DNA of 64,000 nucleotides from Actinomycetota bacterium (GTDB lineage: Bacteria > Actinomycetota > Geothermincolia > Geothermincolales > RBG-13-55-18). Location of the stretch: assembly GCA_014360685.1 (NCBI GenBank), contig JACIXB010000016.1:253586-317585 (forward strand). The letters are read 5' to 3'. A program made the translations under genes and the position numbers. Each line of letters opens with the position of its first letter. Position 1 is the first letter of the stretch. Of the stretch, positions 27,788-36,119 are shown piece by piece. The notes below the pieces were generated by a model. The model was not told the origin of the DNA. It saw only the letters and a program-made list of their open reading frames with translations, and did not search any database.

Positions 27788-29035
27788 CTACCCGCCCTCG
27801 GCGCGTTCCTCGGGGAGGGGAGGACAGACGTGCAGGACGCGGGGCCGGTATTCGTATTCCCGGATGGATCGCTCGTAGACCTCCATGGTCTGGCGGGCGA
27901 TGCGTCCCCAGTTGTATTTCTCCCCTATGAACCTGCGGGCGTCCGCGGTGAGCCGGCGGGCCAGCTCCTCGTCCTTGAGGACCCGGATCATGGCCTGGGC
28001 CAGGGACTCCGGGTTGCCGGGCTTGAAGCACAGGCCGGTCTCCTCGTGGACCACGATCTCCTTGAGCCCACCGGTGTCGGCCACGATGACCGGGCATCCG
28101 GCCACCATGGCCTCCAGGACCACCATCCCGAAGGGCTCGTAGAGGCTGGGGACCACGGTCAGGTCGGCGCACTTGTAGAACCGGGCCAGCACCTCGGAGT
28201 CCACGAACCCCAGGAGCTTTATCTTCTCCCCCAGGCCCAGCTCCTCGATCATGGCCTGCAGGGCCCGGGCGTGGGGCCCCGTGCCGGCCACCAGGAAGCG
28301 CAGGTCCGGCACTTCCTCGAGGACCATGGGCATGGCCTCGATGACCGTCTGGACCCCCTTCTCGTAGACCAGGCGGCCCACGAAGAAGACCATGCGGCGG
28401 TCGGGGTGGATGAACTGGCGGAAGATGCGCTCCCGGTCCGGGTTGACGTTGAAGATCTCGTACTCGATGCCGTTGGGGATGACCGTGACCTTGTCCGGGG
28501 GGAGCTCGAAGATGCGCACCACCTCGTCACGCATGTAGTTGCTGCAGCATATGGTGCGCACGCTCTCGAAGGTCAGCCACCATTCAATCTGGTGGATTAT
28601 CCTCTGCATGGGGCCGGGGAGGTTCCCCTGGTGGCGGCCGTATTCGGTGGCGTGGATGGTGGCCACCAGGGGGATGCGGTAGGCATGCTTGAGGGCGATG
28701 GAGGCGTGGGCCACAAGCCAGTCGTGGGCGTGGAGGACGTGCACCTTGCCTATCCGCTCGTTGATCAGGGGCACCGTCCTCTCCAGGAGGGCCACGTTGA
28801 ACTGCAGGGTCCAGGAGACCCAGTCGTCCTGCGGTATCTCCGGCGGATAGAGTGGAACGCGGTGTATCTTCACCCCCTCCGCCTCCTCGTAGTCCGGCGC
28901 CCCGGGCGAATCCTTGGTGACCACGTGCACGTTCGTTCCCAGGCGGGCGAGGTTCACCGCCAGTTGGTGGACGTGGGTTCCCAGGCCGCCGATGATGCGG
29001 GGTGGGTATTCCCAGCTGAGGATCAGGACCTTCAT
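27788..29035 (-). CDS. GT4 glycosyltransferase (Rv3032-like alpha-1,4-glucosyltransferase)
   Basis: SWEYPP.IIGGLG.HV, HAHDWLV, TIHATE.GRHQG and YEPFGMVVLEAM. Confidence 0.9.
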   Translation of the reverse strand: MKVLILSWEYPPRIIGGLGTHVHQLAVNLARLGTNVHVVTKDSPGAPDYEEAEGVKIHRVPLYPPEIPQDDWVSWTLQFNVALLERTVPLINERIGKVHVLHAHDWLVAHASIALKHAYRIPLVATIHATEYGRHQGNLPGPMQRIIHQIEWWLTFESVRTICCSNYMRDEVVRIFELPPDKVTVIPNGIEYEIFNVNPDRERIFRQFIHPDRRMVFFVGRLVYEKGVQTVIEAMPMVLEEVPDLRFLVAGTGPHARALQAMIEELGLGEKIKLLGFVDSEVLARFYKCADLTVVPSLYEPFGMVVLEAMVAGCPVIVADTGGLKEIVVHEETGLCFKPGNPESLAQAMIRVLKDEELARRLTADARRFIGEKYNWGRIARQTMEVYERSIREYEYRPRVLHVCPPLPEERAEGG

Positions 29036-29259
29036 CTCCCCCTACCTTCCACACGAGCGCCGGCTCCCTCCCCTGGAAGCCGCACCGCCGTCATCTCCAC
29101 CCACCCTTCCGGAAGGGCGAAAATATTTTATTAAACGGACTGTGCGTTGGCAATAAAGCCCCACGCGGGGGCGGATTCCAGATCATGACAACCCGTGATG
29201 CCTGCTCGAGCCGGCGAGATGGAAAAGAATTCCTTCGCCTCCACGAGATGCACGGAAGA

Positions 29260-30795
29260 TCATTCCATGTGCTTTTTCCAGAACCCGGCATGCAACCAGG
29301 GAAAGGGGTTGTCCGTTTCCTCCAGCCGGACGAGTTCTTCCTCCGCCTCCCCGCGGTCCAGCATGGACATGCAGCGCCGGAAACGCTCGGCGTGGGTGTA
29401 GAAGCGCTCCCTGGCGTATCCGGCCGCCGTGTCCCGGGTGACCATGTAGGACCAGTCGCTGGCCTCCATGAGGAGGAGCTCGCGCGCCGCCTGCAAGAGG
29501 GCCCTGGCTTTCCCGGCGTCCGGTCCTTCCCGGCAGCGGGAGATGAAGGCCTCCTCCGAGCTCCTGGTGATCTCCCAGATATCGCGGGTGCCCTCGTTCT
29601 CCCAGGTGGAGAAGGTACCGTCCACGTTCCAGGCGGTGCGGGAGGGGGAGAGTGAGGGCAAGCCTTGGGGTTTTATACCCGCCGCCGACAGGCGGGGCAG
29701 CTCGCATTCCGGTCCCAGGAGGCTCAGCACCTCGCGGAGCCATAGGGGGCCTTCGCGCCACCAGTGCCCGAAGAGCTCGGTGTCGTAGGCCGCCAGGAGC
29801 AGGGCGCCCTCATTCCCCTCCTCCCCGCCGACCAGCCGGTCCCACCTCTCCCGCATGCGGGCCGCGAAGTCCTCGGCGTCCGCCCTCGCCCGGGCCGATG
29901 CCTCCCGGGGTTCGTAGACCTCCTTCTCCTCCAGCGGGGTGGAGGGGGAGGTTATCCTCCAATACTGGAATCCGTGGCCCTGGTAGTCCCGCTTGACGTA
30001 TTCGCGGTACTCGCCGTGGGAGGGATAGCCGTCGGGTTCCCACACCAGGCGGTGGGAGAGCCGGTCGCGCAAGAAAACGACCAGGGAGGTCTTTCCCAAC
30101 CGGCAGGCCCGACAGGCGGGGAGGGATGGGGAAGCGGCATCCGGGGCGGTATGGTCGAGGACCACGTAGCGCAGCGGGGGAGAGAAGCGCTCCAGTACCC
30201 GGTCCATCTCCGGCGTGTAGGAGCACTCCGGAAGCCAGAAACCGGCCGGCTCCTGGCCGAAGTTGCGCCGGTAGCTCTCCAGGCCGATCTCCACCTGTGC
30301 CGCCCGGCAGGCGTCCGAGGAGAGGAGGGGGAGATGGGCGTGGGTGGCCGAGCTGGCCAGCACCTCCAGCACCCCCGCCCTCATTCCCCGGCGCAGGGCC
30401 TCCATCATGCCTCCCCGGTATTTCTCCTCGAAGAGGCGCAGCAGGCCTTCCAGCTCCCGCGCGAAAAAAGAGGCCAGGCGGCGTCGCTTTTCGTCACCCA
30501 TGTTGCGCAGGCGTTGCACCTCTTCTTCCGCCTGGCGCTTGCGGTTCCTCAGGTAAGCGGCGAAACGATCCTGCAGGTAGGCGTCCTCCAGCTGCTCGGC
30601 GAGGATGGGGGTCATGGTCAGGGCCAGTTTTCCCGGGCATCTTCCCTCGGCGAGGTCCCCGACGAGTTCCCAGAGGGGCAGGTAGCATTCCGCCCAGGCT
30701 TCCAGTATCCACTGTTCGCCCACCGGCCAATCGCCGCCGCGGCGGACGTAGGGCATGTGTGTGTGCAGGAGGATTGAGAAGGAACGCCTTTCCAT
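29260..30795 (-). CDS. GH57 1,4-alpha-glucan branching enzyme (Rv3031-like)
   Basis: LHTHMPY, GFWLPEC (nucleophile Glu), YDTELFGHWW (acid/base Asp) and RELLLMEASDW. Confidence 0.9.
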   Translation of the reverse strand: MERRSFSILLHTHMPYVRRGGDWPVGEQWILEAWAECYLPLWELVGDLAEGRCPGKLALTMTPILAEQLEDAYLQDRFAAYLRNRKRQAEEEVQRLRNMGDEKRRRLASFFARELEGLLRLFEEKYRGGMMEALRRGMRAGVLEVLASSATHAHLPLLSSDACRAAQVEIGLESYRRNFGQEPAGFWLPECSYTPEMDRVLERFSPPLRYVVLDHTAPDAASPSLPACRACRLGKTSLVVFLRDRLSHRLVWEPDGYPSHGEYREYVKRDYQGHGFQYWRITSPSTPLEEKEVYEPREASARARADAEDFAARMRERWDRLVGGEEGNEGALLLAAYDTELFGHWWREGPLWLREVLSLLGPECELPRLSAAGIKPQGLPSLSPSRTAWNVDGTFSTWENEGTRDIWEITRSSEEAFISRCREGPDAGKARALLQAARELLLMEASDWSYMVTRDTAAGYARERFYTHAERFRRCMSMLDRGEAEEELVRLEETDNPFPWLHAGFWKKHME

Positions 30796-31644
30796 TTATG
30801 GTAGATCCTTCCATCCAATCCCTATGAAATCCAGGGCTTCCTCCAGGGGTTGGTCGCGGATGGCGAAGTCCCTCCTTCCCAGGAGGGGGATGAACAGGGG
30901 GCGGTAGAAGTATCTCTCCAGGCGGGGAGGCAGTTCCAGGCACCACTGGGAGAAATTGCGCCCGCTGAGGCGGTCGTGGAGACGGAGGAGGCGGGCGTGA
31001 AACACCCCCTTTACCTCCGTGCGGGAGTAATAACGCCGCATGAAGGCCTGGAATTCCCGGTGGTCGTACTCCCGGATGTGGAAGGGGTTGATGGGGGTGT
31101 CCCGGCCCGGGGAGATGAGCAGGCGGTTGGGGGTGGTGATCACGCACAGGCCGCCCGGCTTGAGGACCCGGCGGGCCTCTTCCATGAAGCGGTCCGGGTG
31201 GTGGAGGTGTTCCACCACCTGGAGGGAGCAGACCAGGTCGAAGGACTCGTCCTCCAGGCCCAGGTCGTAGATGTCCCGGTAGAGGAAACGCAGGTTGGGA
31301 CGGCGATAGGTGCGGCGGGCGTGGTAGACGGCCTCCGGGGCCAGGTCCACTCCCACCGCCTCCCGGGCCGCGGAGGCCAGAAGGTCCGTGCCGTAGCCCT
31401 CCCCGCATCCCAGGTCCAGTACGCGTCGGCCGGAGGCATGGGGGAGGAGGAAGCGGTAGGCCACCAGGTGGCGCTGGAACCAGTAATTCTCCTCCCTGAT
31501 CCCGGGAAGGGTGCGCTCCCCGGTCAGGGCCAGGGGTGGATAGTTATCCCGGGGAAGGTCCGAGGTGTCCACTTCACGATCCATGGAGGTTATTCTGGCA
31601 TCCGAGCCTGTTCTTGCCAAGCCTTCCTCCCGCCTGGTATCCAC
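30796..31644 (-). CDS. class I SAM methyltransferase (Rv3030-like)
   Basis: LALTGERTLPGIREENYWFQRHLVAY, GCGEGYG and TPNRLLISPGRDTPINPFHIREY. Abuts the GH57 start. Alternative start 31584. Confidence 0.88.
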   Translation of the reverse strand: MDTRREEGLARTGSDARITSMDREVDTSDLPRDNYPPLALTGERTLPGIREENYWFQRHLVAYRFLLPHASGRRVLDLGCGEGYGTDLLASAAREAVGVDLAPEAVYHARRTYRRPNLRFLYRDIYDLGLEDESFDLVCSLQVVEHLHHPDRFMEEARRVLKPGGLCVITTPNRLLISPGRDTPINPFHIREYDHREFQAFMRRYYSRTEVKGVFHARLLRLHDRLSGRNFSQWCLELPPRLERYFYRPLFIPLLGRRDFAIRDQPLEEALDFIGIGWKDLP

Positions 31645-31647
31645 GCC

Positions 31648-31809
31648 TCAAAGGAGGGGGAGGGGCATGGAGAGGGCGGCCAGGGCTCCGCCCAAAAAGA
31701 TGATACCCAGGACCACCAGGTAATAGATCCGGAAGCCGAAGCCCAACCCCAGGAGGAGAAGGCCTACGGCCAACCCCGGACCCATATAGCGCAGGCGCTT
31801 ACGGTTCAT
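31648..31809 (-). CDS. small (53 aa) two-TM membrane protein, absent from the ORF track
   Basis: Manual translation MNRKRLRYMGPGLAVGLLLLGLGFGFRIYYLVVLGIIFLGGALAALSMPLPLL*. GGAG upstream; the stop is 3 nt from the next GTG. Confidence 0.65.
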   Translation of the reverse strand: MNRKRLRYMGPGLAVGLLLLGLGFGFRIYYLVVLGIIFLGGALAALSMPLPLL

Positions 31810-31936
31810 CGCACCGGCTCCGCGGCTTTCCCGGGCTTCTTGCCATAGGACCCTCTTGTGTCCGGGCAGGAGGTTTCAGGACATGTGAAACACCGAGCAA
31901 ACCGTCCCTCGGCGTGGCGGCGGATAACCCTCGCCT

Positions 31937-32494
31937 TCACTTGACCAGCTCCAGGACCCTCTTGAACTCCTCCCCGTCCGCCCGGCAGGTGATCTCGTAG
32001 ATAAGGGCCTCCGAGGTGGTCACCGTGGCCCCCGCGCCGCGCATCCTCTCCAAGGCCCTCAGGTGGTCCTCCGGCCGGCGGGTGCCCACGGCGTCGGACA
32101 CCACCTGTACCAGGTAGCCGCGGTGCAGGGCGTCGAGCACCGTCTGGGCCACGCAGATATGGGTCTCGATCCCGCATACCAGGAGGCGTTTTCTCCCCCT
32201 CCGCCTCAGGGCCTCCTCGAATTCCGGTACCCCGAAGCAACTGAATATGCGCTTGGTTATGGGGCTGTATTGCGGGAGTTCCCGCTTGACCTCTTCCACG
32301 GTGTATCCCAGCCCTTGGGGATAATGCTCGGTGAGGACCACCGGGAGGGAGAAGATGGAAGCGAACTTGAGGAGCCTGGTGATGCTTTCCACCACCTCCT
32401 CCCGGTTGTGGATCATGCGCACCAGTTTCTCCTGGGGGTCAATGACCAGGAGCAGGCTGTCCTCGGCATTGGCCAGATCGGGATGTCTTTCCAT
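31937..32494 (-). CDS. isochorismatase-family cysteine hydrolase
   Basis: LLVIDPQEK, TEHYPQGLG, K..FSC and GIETHICV. AAGGAG before ATG 32494. Confidence 0.88.
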   Translation of the reverse strand: MERHPDLANAEDSLLLVIDPQEKLVRMIHNREEVVESITRLLKFASIFSLPVVLTEHYPQGLGYTVEEVKRELPQYSPITKRIFSCFGVPEFEEALRRRGRKRLLVCGIETHICVAQTVLDALHRGYLVQVVSDAVGTRRPEDHLRALERMRGAGATVTTSEALIYEITCRADGEEFKRVLELVK

Positions 32495-32756
32495 CTCTGC
32501 AACTCCTTCTCGAGTCAAGCCGTCCGCGTACCTGTCCCTCGCCGGCTTCTCGACGAACCATCGGTATCACGCTCGTGGATGGTGCGAGTGCCGAACTTCC
32601 CAAGGTCTTTCCTTTCTTGCCCGCATTTGCTTCTTCGCTATCACCCACTTTACGCGCCTTGTTTCCCGGCCACCCCCCATCGCCGCCAAGTCGGATTTGC
32701 GGCGCTCGGCGGGGTAAGCGGCCTCGGGGGCGCCGGGGCCTCCTCGGCCCCCGGGT

Positions 32757-34082
32757 TCAACCCTCTTCCTTTCCCGTCCCTTTCGACCCTTTCAGGTAGT
32801 CGTCCACCAGCTCCGACACCCGGAGGGCGGAATTGAAGGCCGTGTCGCCGCCGGTGCCCTCCGCGCAGGTGGTGTCTCCGCAGAGGAAGAAATTGTCCAG
32901 CCCGGGGAGGGTGAAGCCCGGCCGGTCCGCTCGTGTCTGCCCGGGGCGGGGCAGGAACCCGTCCACCATGTTCAGGCGCATGACGCGTTCCCATTCCACA
33001 GCTTCCCAGATCCCGGGGAACATCTTTGCCAGCATCTCGCGCATCCTCTCCTCCTCCCTCTTCACCTTCTCCGGGTTTTTCATCCAGGGCAGGGGAAGGG
33101 GGTAGAACCAGGACAGGAGTTGCTTGCCCTTCGGGGCCGTGGAGGGGTCGATGTTGGAGGTGAACTGCCCCATGGTCACCGGGTCGGGGGTTACCAGGAG
33201 TCCCCTCTTATCGCTTATCCTTTCACCGAGTCCCAGGTCCAGGGTTATTCCCGCCGTGGGGACCAGGTCACGGGCCTTCTTGACGAACTTGATGGGGAGG
33301 TCCTTGCCGGCGAAAAGGTCGGGCACCTCCTGTACCGGGATGGCGCTGACCACGGCGCGCGCCTCGTAAGCGGCGGATTCCGTCTTCGCCTGGTTTACCT
33401 TTCCCTTCCGCAAGAGGAGGCGGGTCACCCTGGAGGAAGTGAGGATCTGCCCGTTCTTCTCCAGTTCTTCCCTCAATCCCTCGATGATACGGCGGGTGCC
33501 GCCTTTCGGGTAGCCTACCTTGGCCTTGGCCCGCAGGGCCTTGCGCAGGAAGGAGGCCATCTCCCCCGCCGAGGCGTACCGGAGGTCGGGCGCGATGATG
33601 CCGATGCCGGAGAGGACCCGCATGATCTCCAAGGTCTCCGGGGACTTGCAACCGGAGGTCAATTCCTCGAGGGAGAGCTGGTACTTGCGCTCGGGGTTTC
33701 CCAGGACCAACCTGACGAGGTAATAAGCGGCGCTAAGCTTGGCCCGCGGTGGCAGGAGGGGGGAGCGGAATATCTTCCCCACGCTGTTGGGCAGGGGGAG
33801 GAATTCACCGTCGCGGTACAGCTCCGGTTCCCCGGGCTCTATAAACTCCAGCTCCCGGCCCAGCCGGCGGAAGACGGCCGCCGCCGCACCCTCGGAGGCG
33901 AAACGGTTGTCGTGCAGCCCGTATTCCAGCAGGAAGCCGTCCCGTTCCTGATAGGCGGCCCTTCCACCCAGGGACCTCGACCTTTCCAGGAGCAAAACCC
34001 GGTAACCCTTCTTGGCCAGCAGTGCGCCGGCCGAGAGCCCCGCGTAGCCTCCTCCGATAACCAGCACGTCGTATTCTTCCAT
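32757..34082 (-). CDS. phytoene-desaturase-like FAD-dependent oxidoreductase
   Basis: VIGGGYAGLSAG...LLER...GGRA, YPKGG and C-terminal FLCGD. Confidence 0.8.
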   Translation of the reverse strand: MEEYDVLVIGGGYAGLSAGALLAKKGYRVLLLERSRSLGGRAAYQERDGFLLEYGLHDNRFASEGAAAAVFRRLGRELEFIEPGEPELYRDGEFLPLPNSVGKIFRSPLLPPRAKLSAAYYLVRLVLGNPERKYQLSLEELTSGCKSPETLEIMRVLSGIGIIAPDLRYASAGEMASFLRKALRAKAKVGYPKGGTRRIIEGLREELEKNGQILTSSRVTRLLLRKGKVNQAKTESAAYEARAVVSAIPVQEVPDLFAGKDLPIKFVKKARDLVPTAGITLDLGLGERISDKRGLLVTPDPVTMGQFTSNIDPSTAPKGKQLLSWFYPLPLPWMKNPEKVKREEERMREMLAKMFPGIWEAVEWERVMRLNMVDGFLPRPGQTRADRPGFTLPGLDNFFLCGDTTCAEGTGGDTAFNSALRVSELVDDYLKGSKGTGKEEG

Positions 34083-34439
34083 GCCCCGGTTTACCCCCTT
34101 TTCATCCGAAGACCCGCATTCCCACCCGGTCAACGGATCTCTTCCTTTCCTCTCTCCGCCTCTCTCCGCCTTTACTCGGCCTCGCCTTCCCCGGGAGGTT
34201 CCGTGCGCACCGGGATCCCCCGGATGAGGATATTTAATCATAATGCGCTGTACGTTGCGCAAGGAAACGCCCCCGGCACCCGCCCTTCACCGTTTCCAGT
34301 GCCTGGCTTGAGCTTGACGCCGGGCGAGGAGATAGGGGCCGGGATCGGTATAACCATGTACCACTTCCGGAGGGTTCCCTCGGCCCGGGGCGTGGTCCTC
34401 CCGCCGGTGGGAGGACTGGCGCTCCCTCGCCCTCCTTCC

Positions 34440-34546
34440 GTTGCCTTGTACCCTGACGCCTTGCGCCGCCCTCGAACCCCAGTAACGAACAGCCGACCAA
34501 GGGGGGGCCTCATGGTTGCCTTGTCCCCTGATGCCTTGCGCCGCCC
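34440..34546. repeat. two-copy 32-bp direct repeat in a divergent intergenic region
   Basis: GTTGCCTTGTACCCTGACGCCTTGCGCCGCCC (34440-34471) and GTTGCCTTGTCCCCTGATGCCTTGCGCCGCCC (34515-34546): 2 mismatches, 43-nt spacer. Confidence 0.85.
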
Positions 34547-34639
34547 CCCAGAGACCGGAGTCAACACGGGCAGCCCGGGGCTCGGGGGTGATGGTATGAT
34601 TTACCCCGTGGGGGATCGGAGAAGGAAAGGAAGGCGACT

Positions 34640-35296
34640 TTGGTGAGAAGGGAAAGGGTGGCCTTTTACGCCGACAGCGTGGAGCACTTGAGGTTGGAGG
34701 GGATCCTTGAGCTTCCGGAGGGGGAAGGGCCCTTCCCGGCCTGCATCCTGTGTCACCCCCATCCCATAGGCGGGGGTTCCATGCACGTTCCACTTCTCCG
34801 CGTGATCTCCGAGGTCCTGGTAAAGGAGGGGTGGGCATGCCTGCGCTTCAACTTCCGGGGCGTGGGGGAGAGCGCCGGGGAGTCCACCGGGGGGCTCCGG
34901 GAGACGGAGGACGTGGAGGGAGCCTATGGTTTCCTGGTCCGGAGGGAGGAGGTGAACACGGATGACCTTTCCCTGGCCGGGTGGTCCTTCGGTTCCTGGG
35001 TGGGGCTGCGCTGGGCGGTAAAGGGAGGCCGGTGCCTCCGGGTGGCCTTGGTAAGCCCTCCCATGGTGGGGTTCGATTTCTTCCATTTCCTGGAAAGAGA
35101 GGAGGTTACGCCCAACCTGGAGGCACTGATCGTGGCCGGGGAGCGCGACCAGTTCGCCTCCCGGGAGAAGCTCGAGGAACTGGCCTCACGCCTGGGAGCG
35201 GAGCTGTGCCTCCTCGAAGGCGCGGACCACTTCCTCTTCGGGAGGGAGGGGGAGGTGGCCCGGGTCATCGCTTCCCGCTGGAAGGGCGGCGCTTGA
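34640..35296 (+). CDS. alpha/beta hydrolase
   Basis: CHPHP.GGGSM, RFNFRGVG.S.G, nucleophile elbow GWSFG, GERD and ADHF. Confidence 0.88.
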   Translation: MVRRERVAFYADSVEHLRLEGILELPEGEGPFPACILCHPHPIGGGSMHVPLLRVISEVLVKEGWACLRFNFRGVGESAGESTGGLRETEDVEGAYGFLVRREEVNTDDLSLAGWSFGSWVGLRWAVKGGRCLRVALVSPPMVGFDFFHFLEREEVTPNLEALIVAGERDQFASREKLEELASRLGAELCLLEGADHFLFGREGEVARVIASRWKGGA

Positions 35297-35535
35297 ATTC
35301 CAGGAAATCCCAGGTAACCGGTTGCTTCGCCGTCCCGCTCCAAGCATTGACCGCCACGGCCCAATGCGAAAGCCGATGGTCGCCGGAGGAGGAAGGGAGA
35401 AGGGGATTAAACGGGCGGCATGGAGGAAACAATATAAGTAAAGGATGGCGCGATGAGTAAAGGATGGCGCGACACGATCGAGAGCGCCCCGGGAGGAAAT
35501 CACCGCCGGCGCTTGAGGGAGAGGGGGAGCATGCG

Positions 35536-35814
35536 ATGCTGCGGGAGGAGTTCCTGAGGAAGGTGAAGGAGGCCGCGGGCCTGGAGTCCGTGAAGCAGGC
35601 GGACCGGGCGGTGAGGGCGGTGGTGGCCGTGCTCAAGGCCGAGCTACCGCGAGATCAGGCGGAGATGATCGCCGCCGCCCTTCCCGAGGATCTCAAGTTG
35701 GGTTGGGAGATGGTGGATTCCTACCCAACGGACATCTTGGAGAGAGAGGATATCTACTACGAGGGGTCCGAGGCCGCCCCGGAGAAGGAACGCCCGTCCA
35801 TCATCCCCGGATAA
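35536..35814 (+). CDS. DUF2267-like small protein
   Basis: EEFLRKV.EAAGL...A.RAVRAV..VL...L....A..IAAALPEDLK..W pattern. Confidence 0.7.
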   Translation: MLREEFLRKVKEAAGLESVKQADRAVRAVVAVLKAELPRDQAEMIAAALPEDLKLGWEMVDSYPTDILEREDIYYEGSEAAPEKERPSIIPG

Positions 35815-35905
35815 CAGGTACATCCTAGGCCTGCACGATCTCCAAGCCGGGCGAAATCCCCATGCTTTAAGCCTTGCCACCCCGTTCCTCGACCCGCTTC
35901 CTTCC

Positions 35906-35934
35906 TTGCAATGGCCGGGAGCAGTGGATATAAT
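35906..35934 (+). promoter_or_regulatory. sigma70-type promoter of the Wood-Ljungdahl cluster
   Basis: TTGCAA-N17-TATAAT, about 185 nt upstream of the fhs ATG. Confidence 0.7.
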
Positions 35935-36119
35935 ACCTTCGGCGTCCGGGAGGAAAAGAACCGGGCCCGTTCCGCGATGAGGACTCACCGGGGACTCCAG
36001 GCCTTAGGGGCTGAGAGCCGTCGGTTAAATATATGCCCAAAAACGGAAAGCAAGCCAGCAGGAGAGAGCGAAGGTAACGCAAGGGACCGTCACTGGAGGA
36101 AGAAGAAAGGAGTTGCAGC

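Noticed and set aside
26381..29134. 917-aa plus-strand ORF (also the 939-aa 44843-47662, 741-aa 49821-52046, 645-aa 43488-45425 ORFs and similar)
   Set aside because: These are antisense shadows of well-supported genes, produced by high-GC codon bias, and carry no motifs.
32700..32770. tRNA-like GGTTCAA motif
   Set aside because: No cloverleaf can be formed. It is the stop codon and GC hairpin region of the minus-strand oxidoreductase gene.
34440..34546. CRISPR array
   Set aside because: Only two units, no GAAA(C/G)-type end, no AT-rich leader and no cas genes in the window. Kept as a plain repeat.
36055..36105. Glycine or TPP riboswitch in the fhs leader
   Set aside because: Only fragments match (GGAGAG/CGAAGG; GCTGAGA) and the core motifs are missing. 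Reported only as an unexplained leader.
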